From: Vermamoeba vermiformis
Lineage: Eukaryota
Length of the DNA stretch: 64,000 nucleotides
Assembly: GCA_045837725.1 (NCBI GenBank)
Contig: JBEWZL010000263.1
Coordinates: 124,001-188,000, forward strand
Direction: 5' to 3'
Shown: positions 1 through 9,650 of the stretch, piece by piece
Layout: every line of letters begins with the position of its first letter
Numbering within the stretch: position 1 is the stretch's first letter
Made by a program: the position numbers and the translations under genes
Notes under the pieces: model-generated
Databases searched by the model: none
What the model was told of the DNA's origin: nothing
Seen by the model: the letters and a program-made list of their open reading frames with translations, nothing else

Positions 1-908
1 TTGAAGGTGCTGGGCGGTGTGTTGTCGCTGTCGTTCACTGAATCAGCACTGTCATTCACTGAACCAACACTGCTGTCACGTGTCACTGACTTCTGATTGG
101 TCGACTGAGCACGTGTACTCGGGTGCGGAGTGGCACTGTGACACGTGGACCAGCCATTGGTCAGTATCATCGGTGAGCTGTCAATCTGCAGCTCTGACGA
201 GTGACACGTGTCATCGTCCAGTCGCAACTTGTCTGGGTGAAGTCGCTGCGGGATGTCACGCGTCAGTTCGCACCCTGGCGTGCTGCCTGCAAACATGACA
301 CGTGACCGAGTGCACGGTGTGACAGGTGTTTCATGAACGACAGCATTTGACACGTTGACAGCGCTCACTGGCTGTTGCTCGTGATTGACACTCGAGACAG
401 GTCTCTTGTTGACACGGTGAGTGCCGCGCTGGTGCAGCAGTTGTTGCTGTTCAGTGATGTACTTGGTCTTATTGCCTAATATGGTGCGTGCTGTCTCGCT
501 GCGATGGGATTTCGGCTCGCGTTTGACAGTACGATGCGGATTGTTCCGTTGCTCGTGCACGCGGTGCTCATCGAGTCGTGTGTGTCGTGCAGTGCGAGCA
601 CGTGGTCGCGGTGACTGCGTGCTGTCAATGTCCTCCACGTGCTCGTTCGGAGCATTCAGCGCTTCGAAGGCTAGCTGGTGCAAGTGTTGCGCCAGGGGAT
701 TGTCTGATATAGCGTGTGGTACGTATATATCGCCACTTGCACTGGCATATTTGCGGCTGGGTATTACGCGGTGTTCTTGCTTCGGACGTCGTTTTCGAAC
801 AAAATCCAGAGAGAGCGTCTTGCCGTTGATGCACGGCTGAATATTCTTGGTACCAGAGGTGCCTAATAAACTCGATACAAATTTTCGATGCGCCTTATTC
901 GTACTCAT
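1..908 (-). CDS. Hypothetical protein, 5' part (runs off window start)
   Basis: ATG at 908 (MSTNKAHRKFVSSLLG...) opens a stop-free frame of about 302 codons to base 1. It is absent from the ORF track because it has no stop. Ser/Thr/His-rich, no family recognised. Confidence 0.65.
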   Translation of the reverse strand, partial: MSTNKAHRKFVSSLLGTSGTKNIQPCINGKTLSLDFVRKRRPKQEHRVIPSRKYASASGDIYVPHAISDNPLAQHLHQLAFEALNAPNEHVEDIDSTQSPRPRARTARHTRLDEHRVHEQRNNPHRTVKREPKSHRSETARTILGNKTKYITEQQQLLHQRGTHRVNKRPVSSVNHEQQPVSAVNVSNAVVHETPVTPCTRSRVMFAGSTPGCELTRDIPQRLHPDKLRLDDDTCHSSELQIDSSPMILTNGWSTCHSATPHPSTRAQSTNQKSVTRDSSVGSVNDSADSVNDSDNTPPSTF

Positions 909-1052
909 GGCTTGTGGTGTTGTGTCGCGCAAATGGCGTGTGAAAAACAAATTGCGCAGAATTTCTTAGAAATCATCTGTTTGAATTTGGCGCGAAACAG
1001 TGCCCACAGCTCTACCACACTGTATTGCCACAGACAGCATTAGATAATCAAT

Positions 1053-2010
1053 ATGGTAGGATGCACACGCGCAACTAGCGTGATATGCGTATCAGATCGC
1101 CATACTATTGCCTAATTAATGCACTACTAATCACCCTATTATCGCCGACTAGTGGCGTCAAGTCAACAAGCTAGCTGCTGCCACTGTGAGTTCACTGCGT
1201 GCTCCCATCCGCAGTACGCTTGCATCTCTCTTCGCTTCACGCGCATCACCGATTAAAAAACGAAACATAGTCATCAATAATATTACCAATATTGTACATA
1301 ACAGCAGACAATATTCAGAGATGAAGGCAAATGATCCGCGTCGGATCTTGCTCGATCTCGAAGCAGAAATAGAGCGCGAACGAGAGGAGTGGCGCCGTGA
1401 CCCCGAAGAGCAGCCGAATGAGTCGCGCTGGCGCAGGTACTGGCGACACGTGCGTCGATTTGCGCGTGCCCACGACCACCAACTGACCCACGTGCTGCTG
1501 GCGTGCGTGATCCTGGGCCTGGCACTGCGCCTGAGCAGCGTGGAGACGCGCCACGACGAGGAGGTGGAGACACTGCGCGCACTGCTGATGACACTGCTGG
1601 CCCTGGTGGAGGAGCAGTCCGTGCAGCACCAACTCGCGGTGAATGCTGAGCTGCAGGAACAGTTGACAGCTGTCACGACACGTGTCACTCAGCTGTCGGC
1701 ACTCAACAAGCAGCAGTTGACGCAGTTGTCACGTGATCTGCTGCTATTAATAGCTCAGCTGCAGGCACAGCTCAACCACGCCACACAACACGCGCACCAT
1801 TCACTGAACACCACCAGTCACGTGATCGCACAGCTCAATCACGTGCTCGACACGCGCAACAAACGACGCAGCGCCAAAAATAGCACGGACAACAATAATA
1901 GCAGTGCTGCGGCTAATAATAGCACCGCAGAGATCAGCGGAACAATTCCCAGCAGCGCACCGACCCCCGCACCAAATGTGGCAAAGAGCGAGGACGGGCG
2001 CGTGTTCTAA
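1053..2010 (+). CDS. Hypothetical single-TM coiled-coil protein, possibly mitochondrial
   Basis: ATG|gtagg intron 1056-1152 joins in frame to WRQVNKLAAATVSSLRAPIRS (R/S-rich, acid-free presequence-like). Hydrophobic VLLACVILGLAL is followed by L/Q heptads; stop 2010. Confidence 0.6.
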
Positions 2011-2068
2011 ATATAGGCCCTTCTACAGGGAAATAAAAGCTATTTATAGACGAGTATGGCACAGGTAG

Positions 2069-3357
2069 TTACAAATACGGCGTTTTCTGCTGCGAGGTGG
2101 CAGTGGTGGAGCGCTGTTCCGCGTCAGTGAGCTGCTCGGTGATGCTTTGCAGTTGTTTCATGTCGGTGGTGAGCAGCTCCATGATGACTTTCAGACCCTG
2201 CCGCTGCTCGTTCAAGAAGTGCGCAATCTTGTCGAGTGTCTCTTCATCGATCGGCTCGGACTGATAGCGCTGTCGCTCCTCGTTCTGCATCACGTGCTGC
2301 ATGGTGACAGTGGCCTGCAGTTCGTGGAGCAGTGTCTTGTACTGGTGCGGCTTGTTCAACTCGCGCATCATGCCCTCGCAGCGACTCTTGTACTGCTCCT
2401 CGCTGCTGCTCGCGTGCCAGCCCTGATTGGCCAGCAGCTCTTTCTTCTTCATCACGCGGATCACGCGCTGTGCCAGACTCATCTGCGTGCGACGGTACTG
2501 ATCGAGCTTGACCGTGGTCTCGAGCTCGTGCTGTCGCATCAACTGACTGATCAGCGCTTGGATGTTCTTCAACGCCACGCTGTGTTGCGCACTCATCTTG
2601 TCCTGCTCACTCACGCGCAGCTTCAGCTCTTTGAAGCCGATAGCTTGCACGGGGATCATGCTGTAGTGGGGACTGGTGTTAGTGGACGCGTATTAATAGG
2701 GGCACTCAACCTGTGCTGCACTCACCACTGCGGATCTGGCACGTTCTGCAAGGCATATTGCCACAACTTCTCGGGAAATTTCTCTGGCCGTCTCTCGCGC
2801 AGGGCCAGCACGTGCTGCGGCGGAACAATGTTGTAGAACACGTGTCGGAACTGACAGTACGCGCTGTTCGGATCCCACTGTCGCGCGATTTGTTCGAGCT
2901 CATCGAGGGGATTCTGCGTCAATAGTGCACCAGTGGGCTGCGCGGAGGTGTTGGTGGTGAATGGCGTCATGGTGGACTGCGCGGATGTGGCTGGCGTGGT
3001 GGGGGCAAACATGCTGCAATTAATTAGTAAGAATACGATCAGGCGTATCTGTGTTATGGCTATGCTTGTGTTTGATGTTGTTGAAATAATTTAATGTAAT
3101 TTAAAATAATTAATTATTAATAATATTGGGCGGCAAATTATTTACCTCGGGGTAGATCCAGCTCCAAAAGAAAAAGTGCTCGTTGCAGGAGCAGATTGTG
3201 CTGAAAAAAATGAGCTAGTAGTGGGTGTAGCAGCTGTCGTTGACGGTGTACCAAATGAGAAGGTAGATGTGCTCCCACTCGGCTGCGTTGTCGCCGAGGG
3301 TGAAAACAGCGACGAAGTGGAGCCAGTACTCGTGCCAGTGCCGAATGTGAACGCCAT
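2069..3357 (-). CDS. NUP54: Nucleoporin Nup54/Nup57
   Basis: FG-repeat N-terminal exon (FTFG, FSFG), then CQFRHVFYN and PVQAIGFKELKLR motifs and a C-terminal coiled coil; at least 2 GT-AG introns. Confidence 0.88.
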
Positions 3358-3462
3358 CGTGTGTGTAGTGTGGTGTTACGATTGAGCACTGATGTTCGCT
3401 AGTTGGTCGTGTCACAAAATGAAATTTTCTCCGTGAAAAATTGATGACCAATCTTCACGGAG

Positions 3463-3870
3463 GCATGTCATAACATCATGACAGCGTGATCTTCTGACTG
3501 GCGACAACTGATTGCTGGCACTAATCTCCTGCCTAAGGATAACTGATTCAGACCAATGCAGGTGCCTGGATTGTCCAGGAGGTCAAACAATCAATTTGCA
3601 GATTTCTTTATAATGCAGATAGACTGCCATTTGGGCAGTCATGCAGTCCACTGTCATTTGCAGAATGCTGCTAAGGGGCCTAGTAAGAACATTCCAGTCA
3701 TTAACTTCTTACAGAATCCAATAAAGTACCCAGAAGGTTTTATAACGGCTCTTGATGGTGTGAAAGGATGGCACCAGGGAACAGCAACAATTCCAGCTCC
3801 TGTCCATGGCAAAACAGAGGAAATGGGATTATGACCAACAGCTTTGGAAGAGAGGTCCAGAGTTGCATTA
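3463..3870 (-). pseudogene. Degenerate ORF remnant of unknown family
   Basis: One minus frame reads SHFLCFAMDRSW...YKTFWVLYWIL*EVNDWNVLTRPLSSILQMTVDCM...KLIV*PPGQ. In-frame stops at 3829-31, 3709-11 (TAA) and 3583-85 (TGA) are each one C>T from sense. Confidence 0.3.
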
Positions 3871-4434
3871 ATAGGTGTTAACTTAACATAAATAAAACAC
3901 CCATATCCTGTGTGGATGAGCCAGCCAATGTGAGATGTCCAGCTTATACTGTCTGCCATAAGCATCTGCAGACCCAGCCTTCCATCAGTAGCATCAGTTG
4001 GCTTTGGGCTAAGTGCTGGAGGCTGAAAATGCTAAGGGGAAAGAGTATTTCTATATGCCATGTATGTGGTTAAGCATATTCCTTCCATAAAAAAGTTTGC
4101 CCCATGCTGGACAAAGTTACAACATAAAAAAGTATGATGCAAAAATTTTTGGACGGTTAGGTGACAATGACTTGTAGCTAAAGTTCAGTGGTGCATAAAA
4201 TACGTATAGTTGTGTTGTGCAATATATGTGTTGATGGATGGGTTCATACTTAATGAAAATTTACAAATTGCTGTCACTACAATATCATTGACAATTACTC
4301 ATATCTTCTTGTTATATAGTGATAGTTCTATGTATTTCCAAAGTTTAAAGGTTTTGCAGCATATAGAACAAAGTTCTGTTACTTCAGTTCTTTGCAGAAC
4401 AAAGACATTTTCAGCCTCCAGTGGCTTGCCCAAG

Positions 4435-4516
4435 GAGGTCGGCCAGGCCAAGTTGGCCAGTGTGGCCGGCCAAGCCTTTGTGGCCAGGCCAAGTTGGCCA
4501 GTCCGGCCGGCCAGGT
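4435..4516 (+). repeat. GGCC-rich block (copy A)
   Basis: GGAGGTCGGCCAGGCCAAGTTGGCC... Same orientation as 5185-5277. Inverted relative to 8076-8172 (shares GCCTTTGTGGCC and GGCCAGTCCGGCCGGCCA) and to 5094-5121. Confidence 0.85.
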
Positions 4517-4625
4517 ATGTAGGTATGGTACAAGGCACCAACTGGTGTGTCTGTACATATGAGGCATTAGTATACATATTACTGCACCATTGGCTGATAA
4601 CAAACCACTAGTAACTGACATCCAG

Positions 4626-4833
4626 AAAAATAAAAAAATGGCAGACAGCAGGAATTGAACCTGGGACTGTATGGCTACTCAGATTTTTTCTAAGTCCAAT
4701 AAATAAAAATCCATGCAGATACCAGGAATTGAACCCAGGGCAACCACACCCCCATACAAACTTACCATAAAATTTTGCCTACAGCAGGAATTGAACCTGC
4801 TCCTGCATCATACCTGGCAAAATTACTAAGTCC
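4626..4833 (-). repeat. Three tandem tRNA-3'-half-like / B-box units
   Basis: GGTTCAATTCC on the minus strand at 4651-61, 4725-35 and 4787-97, each in a T-arm-like stem followed by about 7 nt, A/CCA and a T-rich run. Confidence 0.7.
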
Positions 4834-4862
4834 AACCGGCCGGCCTGGCCGGACCGGCCGCC

Positions 4863-4925
4863 CTTCTTGGGTCCACTGGTGCTAATGGCAAAGTTTGGTA
4901 TAAGTTGGTCAATTACTAACATCAG
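4863..4925 (+). repeat. 63-bp direct repeat, copy 1 (copy 2 at 8198-8260)
   Basis: CTTCTTGGGTCCACTGGTGCTAATGGCAAAGTTTGGTATAAGTTGGTCAATTACTAACATCAG; 58/63 identical to copy 2. Confidence 0.92.
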
Positions 4926-5184
4926 CGGATGCAGCGACCCCAGACGCAATGTCCACGGACGGATGAAAATTTTTTGGAGGATGGGATGCTGCCTATACCT
5001 ATCGAAGTTTCAACTTGTCTGGGCCAGATAACTTAGCTGGGCTGACATCTCACCCTGCTGGCTAGTCATCCACACTGGATTGGCCCTCCTCCCAAAGGCT
5101 TGGCCAGCCACACAGGCCAACCCTGGCCAAACTAGGCTGAAGATCTGTGCAGAACATTCCCAGGCCTCCAGCACTAAGTCCAAA

Positions 5185-5277
5185 GGGGGACGGCCGGGCC
5201 AAGTTGGCCTGGGCGGCCGGTTTGGCCTGGGCGGCCGGAGTGGCCAGGGTGGCCGGTCCGGCCAGGCCGGCCGGTGG
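5185..5277 (+). repeat. GGCC-rich block (copy B), 18-nt periodic
   Basis: GGGGGACGGCC start, GGCCGG-N3-GGCC-N5 period; colinear inverted match to 8076-8172. Confidence 0.85.
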
Positions 5278-5428
5278 GACTTAGTAATTTTACCAGGTAG
5301 GCTGCAGGAGCAGGTTCAATTCCTGGTGACTGCTGCCAATTTTTTATTTTTTGGACTTAGCAAAATTCAATGGCCTTTGAGTCAAGGGTTCAAATCCTGG
5401 TGTATGCATGAATTGCTAATTATTTTTT
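5277..5428 (+). repeat. Two tandem tRNA-3'-half-like / B-box units
   Basis: Unit GGACTTAG...GGTTCAAWTCCTGG...TGC(C)A...TTTTTT; B boxes at 5313-23 and 5387-97. Confidence 0.7.
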
Positions 5429-5984
5429 AGTTTGTGACCACAACTCAACCATCCATAAAACAATACTAAACAGCTTATATTAATCATTAACTATCTTATA
5501 TAACCTTGGTAAGTCTTATTTTCAAGTATTTTGAGCAGATCTGAGCATTTGACAAAAAATCGTCTGAGGTTGGCTGGCTTGCAGGCGCTCTATCTCAGTT
5601 AGTAATTCATGCACATGCGTGCACATGCGTTCATTAGATAGAGCTCTAAATTTGCAAGTAAATTAAAAAAAATTTATCGATTTTGGATGCGTAGATGCGG
5701 AAATTGCTTAAAATCACTCCTGCTAGGCAGCAACCTCTTCCTATTAATTCCGCATTATCTCGGGTTGTATTGCTTTGTTTTTCAATATCTTGGTGTCGTT
5801 TTGATAGGAAATTCAATTTCGCATTCATTCAAAAAAAGTTCGAGTCAATTTGATGCAGCACAAGCTGAGAAATTAGCGTTTTTGTACATTTGCAGATCAT
5901 GTTAAGCAAGCAGTCATAACACACTGTCACTAATGGTGATATTCATCAGTTTACCAGCTCTCACAACTGATTAAAGTAGTTGTA

Positions 5985-7973
5985 ATGTACAGGTAAGTGA
6001 TATTGAATTGCATCGATTCAGTATTAATATTCGTCTACCAGATCCCCAAAGAAAATAAAACGCACAAGCAAAAAACAGTTCAAAGTCCTCAAGTTAGAGA
6101 CAAAACTATTATCAGCCAACGCTCAAGTAGTATTATATGAGTACATTAAAGACAAATTGGAGGTGGCCTCTCAAGGACGCAGTGTGCCTTTTCGCCTACT
6201 GCCGTAAGTCAATGTTTTTCATTTTGAACCGTGAATAACTTTGTACTAGGAGCCACCTAACTCCTGCTGATGCCACCAAAATATTCTTACATTGGCTAAT
6301 GAATTACAAGCCATTGCGATATTATGCAGCATGGTTAGAGGATCTGGTGCCGAAAAGTAGCTTTAATGAGTTCATCTATCGAATGCTTGAAATTGTACGT
6401 GCAAATCATTGTGTGCAGCTTATATTTATTCAATTGAATTGCAGCTAAAGGACTTTCCAAATGAGCATATCTCTTCAACGGCAGAGCAACGCGAGAGAGC
6501 TTCGCAAGCAGAGTTGTTAGGGTTATTTACGCGCATTCGAGCTGCAATGGACGGCACGCACACCCCTGTACAAGTTACAAAAGCAGTGCGTAAAGCCTTG
6601 AACAAAAAAGGAAACAAGTATCACAGTTTTAAGCTAAAGACACAAGCTTTAACAACCTTGGTAAGCAAGGATACTTCTTACAATTGTTCTAATTCTGTTA
6701 GGCGTGCACTGACATGGCAAATCGCTTTTTCTATGTCTCGGATTCGCATCCAGCTGGTGAATACAATGACCAAAAGCTGCTATCAACATACATCGAAGAC
6801 TACAAAACTGTCATGCAAAAAGGAGAAGTGACAATTGCTGATGGAGCTTTCTCAAAGGATGCACCAAGTACCATGTTTTGGGGTAAGAATAGCAATATTA
6901 TTTAGTTTTATTTTGACGGTGATTAGTTCCCATTCGAAAACCTCAAGGAGGAGAATTATCTGCTGTACAAGCACTTAGCAATGATGCCCATCGCCTCATT
7001 AGAAGTAGCATAGAAAGAAGCTTTGGTTTACTCAAAACTTTGTTTAAAGTTTTGAGAAAAAAGTACAAGCACAGACTAGACACCTACAACTTGGTCTTCA
7101 AAATTTGTGTTGCACTGTACAACATTCAGCTGACTGCATCAACTGTGAACTACAGCAACCATCCAATTATGACGTAAGACAATGTACAAACACAATGAAG
7201 TACTAATAGTATTGCAGCTATGAGCCAGTGCTAAATCAGGAATTAGATGGTGAAGAACAGTCAGAAAATGAAGAGGAAATGGCTTTTAACTCATTGCCTT
7301 TCTTTAAGCAGCTTGCTGTGTGGGATGGTGAAGAGCCTGAACTTCAACCGCCACAGCCACCAGAGGACAGCAGTGAATCTGGAGATGAACAGATGGTTAA
7401 TGCATTCAATATGGCCATTGATGAACGAAACTTGGCAGCTTTGAAGGATGCTGACATCAGTGATGATGATGACAATGCGTTTCCTGCCCATCATGAAAGC
7501 ATGGATGATGAGGAGTATGTGAATGATGCTTACGACGAGCCTCCAGACTACGAGATATCTGAACAAGATCTGAACACCAACAAGCGGCAAAGAAGAAAGC
7601 TTCTGAATAAGCTCAGGCACTCGCCAGCTATGTTACAGAATTCAAAGCTTATTACAAGTTATGGAAAGACTTCTCAAATGCATCAAAGAGAATGCAAAAC
7701 TTGCACAATAGTTCTGCGCAGAACCCAGTTGCCTTCAATAACAGATCATTCAGAGAGGCGCTCCATGCTGTTTCTCAAGCTAATAAGGCTATAACGGATG
7801 CAGACAAGCGGTTCACAATGTTTTCTGTCCTGACACCTGCTGACATGGAGTTGTTGAGAGATCTGGCGGAGAAAGACGAGTCAGATGCTTCTTCTAACAG
7901 CAATCAAGCCCCTGCTGTAGATAGTGATGAAAGTGGACCCTCCCAGACACCTTCCAAAAAGCAAAAAGTGTAA
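5985..7973 (+). CDS. IS5/ISL2EU/PIF-Harbinger-type DDE transposase (DDE_Tnp_4-like) with acidic C-terminal extension; extension probably frameshifted near 7600
   Basis: Six GT-AG introns splice an HTH-like segment (LTPADATKIFLHWL), then RIRAAMDGTH (D1), YHSFKLK, HPAGEYND, TIADGAF (D2), PIRKPQGGELS, RSSIERSFGLLKTLFKVL (E) and CVALYN. The main frame stops at 7794; an overlapping frame ends PSKKQKV at 7973. Confidence 0.88.
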
Positions 7974-8075
7974 CTTCCATAGACAATGTCCCTTAATGTT
8001 CAGAGAGTGTGTATCAGTAGTTTTATAGTGTAGTTAATATAAATATGCAAGTTTTAGTCACTTATCTCATATACC

Positions 8076-8172
8076 CACTTGGCCGGCCGGACTGGCCGGG
8101 CCGGCCACTCAGTCCAAGCCGGCCACAAAGGCCCGGCCGGCCATCTTGGCTTATCTGGCCTGGCCGTCCCCC
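8076..8172 (-). repeat. GGCC-rich block (copy C, inverted)
   Basis: Reverse complement starts GGGGGACGGCCAGGCC and aligns to copies A and B. Confidence 0.85.
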
Positions 8173-8197
8173 AAAGATTTTGATGCCAATAATGGTA

Positions 8198-8336
8198 CTT
8201 CTTGAGTCCGCTGGTACTAATGGCAATGTTTGGTAGAAGTTGGTCAATTACTAACATCAGTGGTGTGCCACCAAGGATGGACAGACAAAAAAAAAAGGGA
8301 TGTTGCCTTGGGCAGAACAACCCCTATGCTTATACC
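8198..8336 (+). repeat. Terminal module copy 2: 63-bp core, GGAC/AGAC tract and imperfect hairpin
   Basis: Core repeat, then GGATGGACAGACA, an A-run and GGGATGTTGCC-TTG-GGCAGAACAACCC. Copy 1 has CGGACGGATG...GGGATGCTGCC at 4983. Confidence 0.75.
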
Positions 8337-8463
8337 ATACGTGGCACTGAGTCTCCTAGGTTTTTTCGAGAACATGCTTTAACCTTGAAGGCTAGAAGAC
8401 AAGCCCCTAATGTCATGTCAGTTAATCCTGCATGTAAAGGTAGCTCAGCTGTCACGTGAAATA

Positions 8464-9509
8464 TTACTTCTTCTCTTTATTGGGCTTTACTTGCTCAGGA
8501 TCTACAGCAATAGATTTCATGTGCGGAATTACTTTCTTGTTGATCTGCTCACGCGTCAGCACCATGAACACACGACTGTCTTTGGTGTACGCAGCAAGGG
8601 TCATTTTATCTTCTTCATCGCTCGCTGGTCTCTTGCGCTCGCAGCTGAACATGCCAGCAGCGTGTTGGGCATAAGTGGCCTCTTCGAATCGATACCACTC
8701 CACTGCGCCTATTTTTAGCTCATTCGACACGCGCCGTTTCTTCTTCTTCGGTCCCTCATCCTCGTCCTCTTCAGGCAGGGGCTTAGTGACTGTGTACTGC
8801 GAGGTGATGAGCAGATAATATTCAAAGTCGTAGCTCTTCTGTCCGCTCTGCACGCAGCGCTCAATCTCGCGATGGAGATACAGATGCAGATGCGGAATGA
8901 GTTCGTCGGGCACATTGAGCAGCCGCTGATTGAGCACCAGTCCGACGCGTTCAGAGCTCAGTACCTTCTGCCAGAGTGCGCCCTGTTTGTTGTCTGTCAA
9001 CACACCGTGCTGCTGCGCGTTCTGTTTGACAAACGACAAGATCTGCTGGGTGCACTGCTGGTCGCGGTACTTGTGCACTGGCAGCGCGGTAATGTAGCCC
9101 ACGCCGTCATCCTCGCCCTCAATTTTGATGATGCTGCCGACAGGATTGTTCTCGCTCACCACGAGCTCAGCCAGCTCTCTGTTGTTGAAGGTCGGATCGT
9201 CGATCAGATCTGTCGCCAAGTTCTTGACCATGTGATAGTCTATCTCTGCTGGGTCCATGAACACAAAGTCTACTACGACTTCTTCTTGCTCTGCTTCTTC
9301 TTCCGAGCTCTGCATTATCGAGCATTACAATTAAAATAATTTTAAATGGATCCGGATCCAAAATAAATTAGAAACGAGTGCTGCAGTGAAATGTGATTAA
9401 TATCATTAATTAAATAAGCGTTCATTAACTCTAATGCTGCGCCATTCTAATGCTATTGTGCACGTACCTCCTCTGCCTTCTTTCGCTTTTTCGCGTTGTT
9501 GTCGCTCAT
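8464..9509 (-). CDS. BCP1: BCP1/BCCIP family protein
   Basis: VVDFVFMDPAEIDYHMVKNL, VGSIIK, VGLVLNQRLLNVP and FEYYLLI motifs; first exon MSDNNAKKRKKAEE|gt. Confidence 0.88.
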
Positions 9510-9650
9510 TCTACTGTATTATGCACGTACTATTAATGTTAATTATAACTCTAATGGACAGATGTGCCGCGCTGTTGTAATAATAATAAGACAATAATAG
9601 CAACAGTAATTTTCGCACGACTCCCAGCGATGCATTAACTTTGCAACTAT

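Larger units (their letters stand above)
4785..5325. repeat. 79-bp inverted repeat (4785-4863 / 5247-5325)
   Basis: Manual alignment gives 74/79 identity, ungapped, with a 383-bp spacer. Confidence 0.92.
3460..8340. mobile_element. Composite/nested DNA-transposon region; boundaries approximate
   Basis: Lies between the NUP54 promoter and the BCP1 3' end. CpG-poor, lacks the host palindrome motifs, and contains a DDE transposase, several inverted GGCC blocks and duplicated end modules. Confidence 0.8.

Noticed and set aside
4626-5428. Functional tRNA genes or a CRISPR-like array
   Set aside because: Only T-arm/acceptor halves are present, with no cloverleaf. Constant parts are short and degenerate, and there are no cas genes in this eukaryotic context.
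4210-5430. ORFs rich in GRPG/WPA (also 8045-8320)
   Set aside because: These are translations of GGCC repeats, not proteins.
6667-6674. U12-type donor GTATCCTT on the minus strand
   Set aside because: It is antisense to a transposase intron and no minus-strand gene is there.
5182-8175. Simple TIR transposon 5185-8172 with AAA target-site duplication
   Set aside because: The left AAA belongs to a module repeated at 4001 and 4406, and shared sequence continues to the right of 8172, so these are probably not the true ends.
3460-8340. Fanzor/TnpB RNA-guided nuclease cargo
   Set aside because: No RuvC or zinc-finger motifs were recognisable in the frames I read.
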